A stretch of 62,769 bases of DNA, from positions 1,842-64,610 of the forward strand of contig CAQCFX010000004.1 in assembly GCA_948766235.1 (NCBI GenBank), read 5' to 3'. This document shows positions 43,295 to 52,254 of the stretch, in pieces. This DNA is from an uncultured Oscillospiraceae bacterium (GTDB lineage: Bacteria > Bacillota > Clostridia > Oscillospirales > Oscillospiraceae). The stretch's first letter is position 1; every line of letters starts with the position of its first letter. A program made the position numbers and the translations under genes. Below the pieces are notes generated by a model, which ran no database searches, was not told the origin of the DNA, and saw only the letters and a program-made list of their open reading frames with translations.

Positions 43295-44461
43295 TCACGG
43301 CTGCGTCATCAGCTCTGCCACGGTGCGGGCGTACAGCCGCGCCGCGGTGATGGCCTCCTGGAGGGTATTGCCGTGGGTGCCCACCTCCACCAGGATGGCC
43401 CCCGTGGAAACGTGCTGGTTAAACCGGGAGGTGCGCAGCACAATGGGCCGGGCCAGGGTGGCCCACTTCTGGGCGACGGCGTTTTGAATCTCCACCGCCA
43501 GCGACAGATTCACCTTCCAGTTGGGGTGGACCTGGCCGTTGGCGTCGCTGCCCATCACCATCATCACCTGGGCGCAGTTGTCCACCGAGCCGGACACCAC
43601 CTTGTAAATTGTGCCGTCGCTGGCCACCAGCGCGTCCCGGTGGACATCCAGCAGCAGCACGATGGAGGGATACTCCTTCAGCGCGGCCGCCACCCCCTCC
43701 ACCGAGCGGACATAGGCGTTGTTGTAGCTGGGGTAGTCGTACAGGGTGGTGTCGTGAATCACCCCGATGCCCGCCGCCTCGAACACCGCCGCCATCTCCT
43801 CCCCCACCCGCACCATGTTCTGCTCGGTATTCAGCGTGCGGTAGCTGTCGCTCTCCTCGTATACGTCCGTGCCGTCCATGGTATAGGCCTCGGTGGCGTG
43901 GGAGTGGTAAATCAGCACCTTGGGTCCCTCCCCCTGCGCCGACAGCTGGGGCGCGTTGGCCAGCAGGGCAGGGATGTCCAGCGTGTAGTCCGTGTGGTTG
44001 TAGATGGACACCTTTCCCGACGTCACATATTTCGCGGATGTCCCCGCCACCATGGTTTTAGCGATGATGCCCTCCGGCGCCGTGGTGGTGGCGGGCAGGT
44101 CGCCCCCATCCTCCTCCCCGTCCGGGTCCAGCTCGGCGGGGTCCTGGCTCTCCGGCGGGGGCGCTTCGGATGGCTCCGGCGCCGGCTGCTGGGAGGGCAG
44201 CGTTCCCCCCAGCAGAGACGACTGGGCCAGCACCAGCCTGTCCCAGCCGGACAGTCCTCCTCCCTCCTCCCGGAAGCCCAGCTCCGCCGCCAGCAGGGAG
44301 GTGGCCAGCTGGGCGCTGTCCGCCCACCGCAGCAAATCGCCCACCGCGGCGGCGGGGTCCCCCACCAGCCACACCAGCCACGCCGCCAGGACGGCCACAA
44401 ACACCGCCGCCCCAATCCGCACGCCCCGCAGAATGGGCCGGGTTGTCCTTCTCTTTCGCAT
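43295..44461 (-). CDS. spoIIP: Stage II sporulation protein P (engulfment amidase/endopeptidase)
   Basis: VLIYHSHATEAY, YNNAYVRS, LDVHRD, RFNQH, LVEVG..GNT motifs; N-terminal TM anchor; RBS GAGGTG. Confidence 0.92.
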   Translation of the reverse strand: MRKRRTTRPILRGVRIGAAVFVAVLAAWLVWLVGDPAAAVGDLLRWADSAQLATSLLAAELGFREEGGGLSGWDRLVLAQSSLLGGTLPSQQPAPEPSEAPPPESQDPAELDPDGEEDGGDLPATTTAPEGIIAKTMVAGTSAKYVTSGKVSIYNHTDYTLDIPALLANAPQLSAQGEGPKVLIYHSHATEAYTMDGTDVYEESDSYRTLNTEQNMVRVGEEMAAVFEAAGIGVIHDTTLYDYPSYNNAYVRSVEGVAAALKEYPSIVLLLDVHRDALVASDGTIYKVVSGSVDNCAQVMMVMGSDANGQVHPNWKVNLSLAVEIQNAVAQKWATLARPIVLRTSRFNQHVSTGAILVEVGTHGNTLQEAITAARLYARTVAELMTQP

Positions 44462-44479
44462 TGCGCTCACCTCTCTTGC

Positions 44480-44508
44480 ATGGTATGCGCCGCTGGAAGA
44501 AAATAGAC
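44480..44508 (-). promoter_or_regulatory. Candidate sigmaE (mother-cell) promoter of spoIIP
   Basis: GTCTATT-14nt-CATACCAT fits the sigmaE consensus spacing and -10 CATACAAT. Confidence 0.65.
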
Positions 44509-44510
44509 CC

Positions 44511-44556
44511 TTGACACACAAAGTTCCCCGAGTTATACTTAGTGAGAAAAGTATAA
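44511..44556 (+). promoter_or_regulatory. sigmaA promoter with overlapping inverted-repeat operator
   Basis: TTGACA-17nt-TATACT (44511-44539); TTATACTT-N8-AAGTATAA (44533-44556). Confidence 0.7.
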
Positions 44557-44574
44557 TTAGTAGGAGGAATCGCA

Positions 44575-44823
44575 TTGAAGATGAAACTTCCCAAGGACCA
44601 GTTCCTGTCCACCGTGCGGGTGGGGGACAAGGGCCAGATTGTCATCCCCAAGGAGGTGCGGGACCTGTTTGAGATTGAGCCGGGGGACAACCTGCTGCTC
44701 ATGGCGGACAAGAAAAAGGGCATCGCCATCGTGGCCTTTGACGGCATGATTGACTTTATGGACCAGTCCATCCGGCAGGCGCGCCAGGCGCAGCAGGAGC
44801 AGAAAGAGGAGGAGGCAACGTGA
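44575..44823 (+). CDS. AbrB/MazE/SpoVT family DNA-binding protein
   Basis: VRVGDKGQIVIPKEVRDLFEIEPGD motif; TTG start 7 nt after AGGAGG. Confidence 0.9.
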   Translation: MKMKLPKDQFLSTVRVGDKGQIVIPKEVRDLFEIEPGDNLLLMADKKKGIAIVAFDGMIDFMDQSIRQARQAQQEQKEEEAT

Positions 44824-45539
44824 ACGCCATTGAAATTCTGGGCCTCACCAAAGAATACGCGGGCCGAAGGGTGGTGGACCGTTTGGCCCTCACCGTCCCG
44901 CCGGGGGAGCTGTTCGCCCTCTTAGGGGTGAACGGAGCGGGCAAATCCACCACCATCAAAATGCTGTGCTGCCTCACCGCGCCCACCCAGGGGGACGCGC
45001 AGCTCATGGGCCGCAGCGTGCGCACCCAGAGCCACCAGGCCAAGGAGGTTTTGGCCGTCTCTCCCCAGGAGACGGCGGTGGCCCCCGCGCTGAGCGTGAA
45101 GGAAAACCTGGCGCTCATGGCGGGCATCTACGGCCGGGACGAGCAGCGGGCGCAGCAGGTCATGGAGCAGCTGGGGCTTGCACCGTGGGCGAAGCACCGG
45201 GCCAAAACCCTGTCCGGCGGGTGGCAGCGGCGGCTGTCCATCGCCATGGCGCTGGTGTCCCAGCCGGAGGTGCTGTTTTTGGACGAGCCCACCCTGGGGC
45301 TGGACGTGCTGGCCCGGCGGGAGCTGTGGGAGGTGATACGGGGGCTGAAGGGCAGCACCGCCATCGTGCTCACCACCCATTATTTAGAGGAGGCCGAGGC
45401 CCTGGCCGACCGCATCGGAATCATGAACGCGGGCCGCCTCCGGGCGGTGGGGACGGCGGACGAGCTCAAGGCCCTGGCGGGCTGCGCGTCCTTTGAGGAC
45501 GCCTTTGTGGCCCTGGCGGGAGAGGAGGCGGCGTCATGA
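44820..45539 (+). CDS. ABC-2 type exporter ATP-binding protein
   Basis: GVNGAGKST, LSGGWQRRL, LDEPTLGLD, TTHYLEEA. Confidence 0.92.
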   Translation: MNAIEILGLTKEYAGRRVVDRLALTVPPGELFALLGVNGAGKSTTIKMLCCLTAPTQGDAQLMGRSVRTQSHQAKEVLAVSPQETAVAPALSVKENLALMAGIYGRDEQRAQQVMEQLGLAPWAKHRAKTLSGGWQRRLSIAMALVSQPEVLFLDEPTLGLDVLARRELWEVIRGLKGSTAIVLTTHYLEEAEALADRIGIMNAGRLRAVGTADELKALAGCASFEDAFVALAGEEAAS

Positions 45540-46267
45540 GGGTAAAGGCATTTGCCGTGCGCAATCTCAAGGAGCTGTTCCGGGACCCTTTGACCCTGTT
45601 TTTCGGGCTGGCCTTCCCCCTGGTGCTGCTGCTGCTGATGAACCTCATCCAGCGCAATGTCCCGGTGCACGTATTTGAACTGAACACCCTGGCCCCGGGC
45701 ATCGCCCTGTTCGGGCTGACCTTTATGGCGCTGTTCTCCGGGATGCTCCTGGCCCGGGACCGCTCCTCCGCCTTTCTCTCCCGGCTGGCCGCCTCCCCCA
45801 TGACGGCGGCGGACTTTTTGCTGGGCTACCTGCTCCCCCTGCTGCCCATGGCGGTGGGGCAGAGCGTCATCTGCCTGGGGGCGGCGGTGGCCCTGGGGCT
45901 GCCGCTGAGCTGGAAGCTGCCGGCGGCGGTGCTGTCTCTGATTCCGTCGGCCCTGCTGTTCATCGCCCTGGGGCTGCTGTGCGGCACACTGCTCAGCGAC
46001 AAGCAGGTGGGCGGCATCTGCGGCGCCCTTCTCACCAACGTCACCGCCTGGCTGGCGGGCATCTGGTTCGACCTGTCCCTGGTGGGCGGGGCGTTTCAGA
46101 AGGTGGCCTACGCGCTCCCCTTCGTCCACGGGGCGGACGCGGCCAAGGCCGCCCTGGCCGGGGACTGGGCCGCCCTGCCCGGTCATCTGCTGTGGGTTTC
46201 CATCTGGGCGGCGGTGACCATGACCGCAGCGGCCGCCCTGTTTCGCTGGAAAATGGTGGAGCATTGA
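45536..46267 (+). CDS. ABC-2 type exporter permease
   Basis: RNLKELFRD, about 6 TM, ATGA overlap with the ATPase. Confidence 0.88.
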   Translation: MRVKAFAVRNLKELFRDPLTLFFGLAFPLVLLLLMNLIQRNVPVHVFELNTLAPGIALFGLTFMALFSGMLLARDRSSAFLSRLAASPMTAADFLLGYLLPLLPMAVGQSVICLGAAVALGLPLSWKLPAAVLSLIPSALLFIALGLLCGTLLSDKQVGGICGALLTNVTAWLAGIWFDLSLVGGAFQKVAYALPFVHGADAAKAALAGDWAALPGHLLWVSIWAAVTMTAAAALFRWKMVEH

Positions 46268-46301
46268 GATGATTTTGTCGAAGGCTTTCGGCGGCAGGCT
46301 C

Positions 46302-46330
46302 TTGAAATTCTCGTCCCGTTGTGATACAAT
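46302..46330 (+). promoter_or_regulatory. Candidate sigmaA promoter of the bactofilin gene
   Basis: TTGAAA-17nt-TACAAT with extended -10 TG. Confidence 0.6.
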
Positions 46331-46413
46331 GAAATATCATCGAAGCAGCACGGAAAGGCCCTGGAGCATGGGAACCATGCTGTGGACAACATAAGGAAAG
46401 GTGAGGATTCCAA

Positions 46414-46905
46414 ATGGGCTTTTTCAGCACACCCAAAACGGATACGCAGATGTCCGTAATTACTGAAAGCGAACGGCAGCAGGAAAGTCTGCCCTCTCCC
46501 TCCAAGATAAGCAGCACCGTCATCACCCAGGGCGTCACCGTCAAGGGCACCATCCGGGGCGAGGGCGTGGTCCAGGTGGAGGGCGTCGTGGAGGGCGAGT
46601 TCGGCATGGTAGGCGCCGTCATCGTCTCCGACACCGGACTGGTCCGCGGCCCCATCTCCGCCGATGTGGTCCGGGTGGCCGGCCGGGTGGAGGGCAATGT
46701 GGTCGCCCGGGAGCATATGCGCCTGGAGCAGACCGGCACCCTCATCGGCGACGTGGCTACCGCCTCTCTGGTGGTGGAGGACGGCGGCTGCCTCAACGGC
46801 CGGTCCACCATGACCAAGGCTCCCGAGCCCGACCCGGAGCTGCGCAGCGTTCAGGACCTGGGCGACCTTCAGTTCGGCCCCGGCTACGACGTGGACGGCG
46901 AGTAA
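46414..46905 (+). CDS. Bactofilin (polymer-forming cytoskeletal protein)
   Basis: TVITQGVTVKGTI...VEGVVEG...VRGPISA...VEGNV...LIGDV...LVVEDGGCLNG beta-helix pattern. Confidence 0.88.
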   Translation: MGFFSTPKTDTQMSVITESERQQESLPSPSKISSTVITQGVTVKGTIRGEGVVQVEGVVEGEFGMVGAVIVSDTGLVRGPISADVVRVAGRVEGNVVAREHMRLEQTGTLIGDVATASLVVEDGGCLNGRSTMTKAPEPDPELRSVQDLGDLQFGPGYDVDGE

Positions 46906-46923
46906 ACGGCTTCATTCATACAT

Positions 46924-46960
46924 AAAAGCGCCCGGTTTCACAGAGAAACCGGGCGCTTTT
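46924..46960. terminator. Bidirectional intrinsic terminator ending the catabolic operon
   Basis: AAAAGCGCCCGGTTTC-acaga-GAAACCGGGCGCTTTT. Confidence 0.88.
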
Positions 46961-46965
46961 CCTAT

Positions 46966-48393
46966 TTACAAATTGTCAAGAAGCAAGGGGTGGTGTCCTC
47001 CCGCCCGCAGCGCCTGCTCCAGCGCGCGCAAAAGGCCCTCCCGGTGGGCGGGATGGGCGCAGCGCTCAATGATTTGCCGGGCGCACTCCCCGTCGTCCCG
47101 CCCCCGAAGGTCGGCTGTGCCAAACTCGCTGATAACCACGTCCACGTCGTGGTGAATCACATCCACATGGCCCACGGCGGGCACAATGCAGGACAGCTGC
47201 CCGTCCTTCCGGGCCGCGGGCAGCAGCATCACCGACAGCCCGGCAGCGGCGGCGAAGGCCGCGCCGTTGCCAATGCCGTTGACCACCCTTGTGCCGCCGA
47301 TGTGGCTGGCGTTCACGTTGCCGAACACGTCCATCTCCAGCCCCGTGTTCAGCGCCAGCACCCCCAGGCCGCTCACGGCGGCATAGCCGTTGCACACCTC
47401 CATGCTGCGCAGCACCAGCCGGTCCTTCAGCCCGCCGCCCAGGCAGCGCAGCCGCGCCAGCGTCTCAGGGTCGGAGACAATGGAGCCGCCGGACAGCAGT
47501 TCGGCCTTCCCCTGGGCCAGCAGCTCCGCCATGCCAGCCTGCAGCGCACCGCAAAAAAATGTCAGCCGCTCATACCGGCTGCCCTTCAGCGCCTCCACAA
47601 CGGCCCCGGACAGCCCGCCGATGCCCGTTTGCACGGGGGGCAGCGTCTTTCCGGGAAACGCCCGGTCCAGCCAGGTCATCAGGTTTTCGCAGATGGCCCG
47701 CTGCGCCGGGGTGGGCGCGGCGGGGGGCGCCGCCTCGTCCGGCTGGTGGGAAAAGGTCACCGCCGCCACCTTGTCCAGGTCAATCTGGACATAGCTCCGG
47801 CCTACCCGCTCGCCGGCGCTGCCCAGCGCCGTCCCGGCGTGGGCCGGGCCCTCATAAACGTCGTGCAGTCCCAAGAGCAGCTCGGGCTGGGCGGTGTTTA
47901 TCTCCACGATGATTCTCCGGGCCATGCCGCACATGAGCTGGGTCATGCCCACGCTGGTGGTGGGAATCAGCCGGCCGTCGTCATCCAGCCCCAGGGCCTC
48001 CACCACCGCCACGTCGGGAATGCCGAAGCCGCCCGCGGCAAACACCCGGGGCATTCTGGCCATGGACACCTCCACGTAGCGCAGCCGCTGCGCGTTGGCC
48101 AGCTCCCGCACCCCGCCGGCCACCGTAAAGGGGGCGCGGCGGTTTAAAATCCCCGCCTGGGCCAAAGCGTTTTCCACCTGCGGGGAGAGCTGGGCGGCGG
48201 TGATGAGCTCTATGCCTCGGATATCCCCCGCCCTCCCCCGCTCCGCCAGGGCCAGCAGCACCGCTTTGGGGTCCCCGGCGGCGGTGTAGCCGCTGGCGGC
48301 CACCACGGCCCCCTCCGGGATGAGGGCGGCGGCGTCCTGGGGCGAGCACAGCTTTCCGCTGAGCCGGTGGGGCACCCTATACAGCGCTGTCAT
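46966..48393 (-). CDS. Acetyl-CoA hydrolase/CoA-transferase family I homolog (Cat1/ScpC/AarC-like) with altered active site
   Basis: SGYTAAGDPKAV, IIVEIN, QTGIG, LEMDVFGNVNAS, HHDVDVVISEFGTADLRG, CAHP; catalytic SEVxQ motif reads CGALQ. Confidence 0.85.
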   Translation of the reverse strand: MTALYRVPHRLSGKLCSPQDAAALIPEGAVVAASGYTAAGDPKAVLLALAERGRAGDIRGIELITAAQLSPQVENALAQAGILNRRAPFTVAGGVRELANAQRLRYVEVSMARMPRVFAAGGFGIPDVAVVEALGLDDDGRLIPTTSVGMTQLMCGMARRIIVEINTAQPELLLGLHDVYEGPAHAGTALGSAGERVGRSYVQIDLDKVAAVTFSHQPDEAAPPAAPTPAQRAICENLMTWLDRAFPGKTLPPVQTGIGGLSGAVVEALKGSRYERLTFFCGALQAGMAELLAQGKAELLSGGSIVSDPETLARLRCLGGGLKDRLVLRSMEVCNGYAAVSGLGVLALNTGLEMDVFGNVNASHIGGTRVVNGIGNGAAFAAAAGLSVMLLPAARKDGQLSCIVPAVGHVDVIHHDVDVVISEFGTADLRGRDDGECARQIIERCAHPAHREGLLRALEQALRAGGHHPLLLDNL

Positions 48394-49363
48394 AGGCGCT
48401 CTCCCGGCCGGCGCCCGCCGCCACCGCAAAGGAACCCAGCTTCCGGCCCAGCATTTCCTCCAGCCGCGCCCCGGCCGCAATCAGCCCGTCCACGTTCACC
48501 CTGCCGCCGCACTCCATGCGCTTGGCCATGGCCGCGAAGTCCTCCGTGCACACCAGGCCGGTGCGCCCCTGGGTGTAGTAGTAGTCCCCTGTGCCGTGGA
48601 TGACCGCGCCGTCCATGCGGTTGGCCGGCTGCCCGCCAATGCCGCCCAGGGTGCACTCAAACTGGGTCATGCCCGCCTCCATGGCCGCGTAGTAGCAGGC
48701 CATGCCCATGCCGTTTACATCGTGGATATGCAGGGTGTGCATGGCGGGGTCGGGCCAGCGGCGCATAATCTCGCCAAAGTATTCCGTCACCCGGTCGGGG
48801 GTGGCGTCGCCGCTGGTGTCCGCGTGCTCCACCTCGTCAAAGCCCATGTCGAACAGGCGCTGGGCGAAAACGTACGCCTGCTCCAGCGGGACGCGGCCCA
48901 TGATGGGGCAGCCGAATATGGTGCCCACATTGCCGCACACCCGCTGGATTCCCCCGTCGTGCAGCAGCTTTACCGAGCGCTCCGCCTCGGCAAACAGCTC
49001 CTCGTGGGTGCTGTTCATGTTCTTTTTCGCGTAAGCCTCGCTGGTGGCCAGCTGGCCGGTGAGCACCCGGTCGATGGGCGCGCCCTTGGCCTTCAGCTCC
49101 ACCGCCCGCTCCACCGCCCGGCGGTTCAGCGCCAAAAAGGTGTACTCCACGTCCTTCCTCCGGGGAAGCATCATGGCGAATTTGTCAATCTCCTTGAACT
49201 GGGGCAGATAGACCGGATGGGCGAAGGACCCCACCTCCAGTCTGGTCACCCCCGACGCAATCAGCCGCTCCGCCAGCTCCAGCCGCTGTTCCAGGGGCAG
49301 GTAACGCTCCTCATGCTGCAGGCCGTCCCGCAGCGTTGTGTCAATGATACATACCTTGCGCAT
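48377..49363 (-). CDS. HMG-CoA lyase-like DRE-TIM metallolyase
   Basis: DTTLRDGLQHE, LEVGSF, ADTSG, HIHD metal motif, TED; alternative start 49378. Confidence 0.85.
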   Translation of the reverse strand: MRKVCIIDTTLRDGLQHEERYLPLEQRLELAERLIASGVTRLEVGSFAHPVYLPQFKEIDKFAMMLPRRKDVEYTFLALNRRAVERAVELKAKGAPIDRVLTGQLATSEAYAKKNMNSTHEELFAEAERSVKLLHDGGIQRVCGNVGTIFGCPIMGRVPLEQAYVFAQRLFDMGFDEVEHADTSGDATPDRVTEYFGEIMRRWPDPAMHTLHIHDVNGMGMACYYAAMEAGMTQFECTLGGIGGQPANRMDGAVIHGTGDYYYTQGRTGLVCTEDFAAMAKRMECGGRVNVDGLIAAGARLEEMLGRKLGSFAVAAGAGRESAYDSAV

Positions 49364-49374
49364 ACCGGCCCCCC

Positions 49375-50550
49375 TCATTTGCTCTCCACAATCAGGGACA
49401 CGCCCTGGCCGCCGCCGCAGCAGAAGGTCACCAGGCCGCGCCCGCCGCCCCGCCGCTTCAGCTCATACACCATCTTGGTCACCAAGACGCCGCCGGTGGC
49501 CGCCAGCGGGTGGCCCAGGGCAATGGCTCCGCCGTTGGGGTTGAGCTTGTCCAGGTCCATCCCCAGTTCCCGGATACAGGCCAGGGACTGGGGGGCAAAG
49601 GCCTCGTTCATCTCAATCACGTCCATGTCCTCCATGGTCAGCCCGGTCTTTTCCAGCAGCTTCCGGGTGGCGGCCACCGGGCCGATGCCCATAATCCTGG
49701 GGTCCACCCCCGCGCTGGCAAAGCCGCCGATGTAGCCCAAAATCTCACAGCCCAGCGCCTCGGCCCGGGACGCCTCCATCAGAATCACGGCGCTGGCCCC
49801 GTCGCTGTTGGGGGAGCTGTTTCCCGCGGTGGCCACGCCGTCCGGCTTGAAGGCGGGCTTCAGCTTGGCCAGGGTCTCCATGGTGCAGTCCCGGCGGAAT
49901 ACCTCGTCGGTGTCCACAGTGGTCTGCGTCCCCTTTTTGGCGTCGGTAATGGTCACCGGCACAATCTGCTCCCGAAACCGGCCCTCGTCCCAGGCGCGCA
50001 CCGCCTTGCGGTGGCTCTCTACGGCAAAGGCGTCGCAGTCCTGCCGGGTCAGGCCGTACATCTGGGCCAGGTTTTCCGCCGTGATGCCCATGTGGGGATT
50101 GCCCACCTCCTCCGGCGCCAGCCGGGACTTGCCCCGAAACTCCGGCGCGGACATATCGTGCAGGCGCTTTTGCTGCATCAGCACATAGGGCCGGTTGGAG
50201 TCGGACTCCACGCCCCCGGCCAGGATGCACTCCGCGTCCCCCGCCCGAATCAGCGCGTCCGCCCAGGAGATGGCGGTGAGGGAGGTCCCGCACCGCCTAT
50301 CCACGGTGACGGCGGGCGTCGTGATGGGCAGGCCGGCCGCCAGCGTCACATAGCGGGCCATGTTGGCAATGTCGTGGGCGTACAGATTGCCGTAGATGAC
50401 CTCGTCAATCATCTTCCCGTCAATGCCGGCCCGCTCCACCGCCGTCTTCACCGCCAGCGCCCCCAGCTCATGGGCCGGCACGCCGGACAGCACGCCGCGG
50501 ATACGGCCCACCGGGGTGCGCACCGCGGCCACAATAGCAGTTCTTCTCAT
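49375..50550 (-). CDS. Thiolase (acetyl-CoA C-acyltransferase)
   Basis: RTPVG, RRCGTS catalytic Cys, [36 protein letters not shown]. Confidence 0.93.
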   Translation of the reverse strand: MRRTAIVAAVRTPVGRIRGVLSGVPAHELGALAVKTAVERAGIDGKMIDEVIYGNLYAHDIANMARYVTLAAGLPITTPAVTVDRRCGTSLTAISWADALIRAGDAECILAGGVESDSNRPYVLMQQKRLHDMSAPEFRGKSRLAPEEVGNPHMGITAENLAQMYGLTRQDCDAFAVESHRKAVRAWDEGRFREQIVPVTITDAKKGTQTTVDTDEVFRRDCTMETLAKLKPAFKPDGVATAGNSSPNSDGASAVILMEASRAEALGCEILGYIGGFASAGVDPRIMGIGPVAATRKLLEKTGLTMEDMDVIEMNEAFAPQSLACIRELGMDLDKLNPNGGAIALGHPLAATGGVLVTKMVYELKRRGGGRGLVTFCCGGGQGVSLIVESK

Positions 50551-50569
50551 AGCGTTGCAGCTCCTTCTT

Positions 50570-51346
50570 TTAATCATCCACGATGGCGAACGCGCGCACC
50601 CAGGCCGCGCTGGCCCGCTCAATTTTCACCGGTACCCCGAAAAAGCGAAAGCCATAGGGGGGCAGCTGTTCCAGGTTGTTCAGCTTTTCATACTGCACAT
50701 AGGCCTTGGCGGCCCCCGCCTTGTGCCCTTCCCAGCACACCGCCGGGTCCCCGGTCTCCTGGAAGCGCTTGAGCGCGTACTCACGGGGCACGTCCCAGCT
50801 CCAGGCGTCGGTGCCCACCGCGCGCACCCCCTGGTCCAGCAGCCACAGGGTCCCCTCCCGGCCTACGCCACAGCCCCGGCTCAAATACTCCGGTCCGCCC
50901 CAGGCGGACATGGCGCTGGTGTGCAGACAGACGATATCGCCGGGCTTGAGCCGGTAGCCGATACGGTCAAAATATTCCTGAAAGTCTCTGGCAGTGCACA
51001 CATAGCCGTCCGGCTTATGGCTGAAATCCACCATCACCCCGTCGCCCATGAACCAGTCCAGGGGCACCTCGTCCACGGTCCAGGCCGGCTCGCCCCCGTT
51101 CATGGTGGGGTGGTAGTGATAGGGGGCGTCCACATGGGTCCCCGTGTGGGTGCACAGCTCAATCTGCTCCACCGCCCAGCCGTGCCCGTCCAGGCACTGC
51201 TCCCGGGTCAGGCCGGGGTAGGCGGCCAGAAAGGTGCTCACCGACGCCTCGTCGTCATGCCGGCGGTAGCGAATCTTGGGTATCTGCACCGGGCGGTCCA
51301 CTGGCAGGCCGTCCACGATGCTCACGCTCAAATCAATGATTTTCAT
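50570..51346 (-). CDS. Cyclase family metal-dependent hydrolase (kynurenine formamidase/isatin hydrolase-like)
   Basis: MKIIDLS, HTGTHVDAPYH metal motif, VGTDAWSWD, EKLNNLEQLP, VRAFA. Confidence 0.9.
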   Translation of the reverse strand: MKIIDLSVSIVDGLPVDRPVQIPKIRYRRHDDEASVSTFLAAYPGLTREQCLDGHGWAVEQIELCTHTGTHVDAPYHYHPTMNGGEPAWTVDEVPLDWFMGDGVMVDFSHKPDGYVCTARDFQEYFDRIGYRLKPGDIVCLHTSAMSAWGGPEYLSRGCGVGREGTLWLLDQGVRAVGTDAWSWDVPREYALKRFQETGDPAVCWEGHKAGAAKAYVQYEKLNNLEQLPPYGFRFFGVPVKIERASAAWVRAFAIVDD

Positions 51347-51362
51347 GGCTTCTCCTTGTCCC

Positions 51363-52244
51363 TCACCGCACCAGCGGGGGGATGCCCATAATCTGCCGGG
51401 CCTCCGCGGGGGTGGCGGGCCGCTTGTTGTAAAGCCGGATGAGCGCCGCCGCCCGCTCCACCAGCCCCGCGTTGGTGGCGGGAACGCCCCGGTCCAGGTA
51501 GAGATTGTCCTCCAGCCCCACCCGCACGCCGTTGGCCCCCAGGGCCAGGGCGGTGTACAAAATGGGCAGGTGGCCGGCTCCGATGCCGGTGGCGGACCAC
51601 AGCGCGCCCTGGGGCAGATGGCGCACCAGGTATTGGAGATTTTCCGGCGTGGCGTCCATGCCGCCCAGCACGCCCAGCACAAACTGGCACCACAGCGGCG
51701 CTTGCAGCAGCTTCAGCTTCTGGAAATAGTGGGCGGCGTTGCCCAGCATTCCCATGTCGAAAATCTCCACCTCGGGCTTGACGGCGCACTCCAGGTAGGT
51801 CTTGGCCAGCTGCTTTAAAAAGGCGGGGTCGTTGTTGAACTCCTTGGCGTCGCCCCAGTTGAAGGTGCCCGCGTCAAAGCTGCCCACCTCAATCTCCGGG
51901 ATTTTTTGAAAGTGCTCCAGCCGCGACTGGGTGGAGCGCGTGCCGTCCAGCCCCGGTCCCCCCGAGGAGGTGCAGTTGATGACCACATCGCACTCGGGGT
52001 TGGCGCGGATGAGCCGGATGGTCTGTTCAAAGCGCCTGTAGTCCATCACGCCGTTCCCGTTTTCGTCCCGCATATGCAGATGGACCACGGCGGCCCCCGC
52101 CCGCCAGGCGGCAATGGCGTCCTGGGCAATCTCCTCCGGGGTGACGGGGAGATTGCTGTTTTTCGCCCGGGGCGTGCTGGTGCCGGTCATGGCGCAGGAG
52201 ATGATGACGCGGCTGTTTTTCAGATCTTCCAGTTCCATATCCAT
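51363..52244 (-). CDS. Beta-keto acid cleavage enzyme (BKACE/DUF849, Kce family)
   Basis: LPVTPEEIA, AGAAVVHLHMRD, KPEVEIFD, FVLG, RVGLEDN, ATPAEAR. Confidence 0.92.
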   Translation of the reverse strand: MDMELEDLKNSRVIISCAMTGTSTPRAKNSNLPVTPEEIAQDAIAAWRAGAAVVHLHMRDENGNGVMDYRRFEQTIRLIRANPECDVVINCTSSGGPGLDGTRSTQSRLEHFQKIPEIEVGSFDAGTFNWGDAKEFNNDPAFLKQLAKTYLECAVKPEVEIFDMGMLGNAAHYFQKLKLLQAPLWCQFVLGVLGGMDATPENLQYLVRHLPQGALWSATGIGAGHLPILYTALALGANGVRVGLEDNLYLDRGVPATNAGLVERAAALIRLYNKRPATPAEARQIMGIPPLVR

Positions 52245-52254
52245 ACTCCTCACC

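Noticed and set aside
44575..44823. MazE-type antitoxin of a toxin-antitoxin pair
   Set aside because: The next gene is an ABC ATPase, not a toxin
46966..52244. Lysine fermentation or leucine catabolism cluster
   Set aside because: No aminomutases, dehydrogenases or carboxylase in the locus, and BKACE and lyase lack the diagnostic residues
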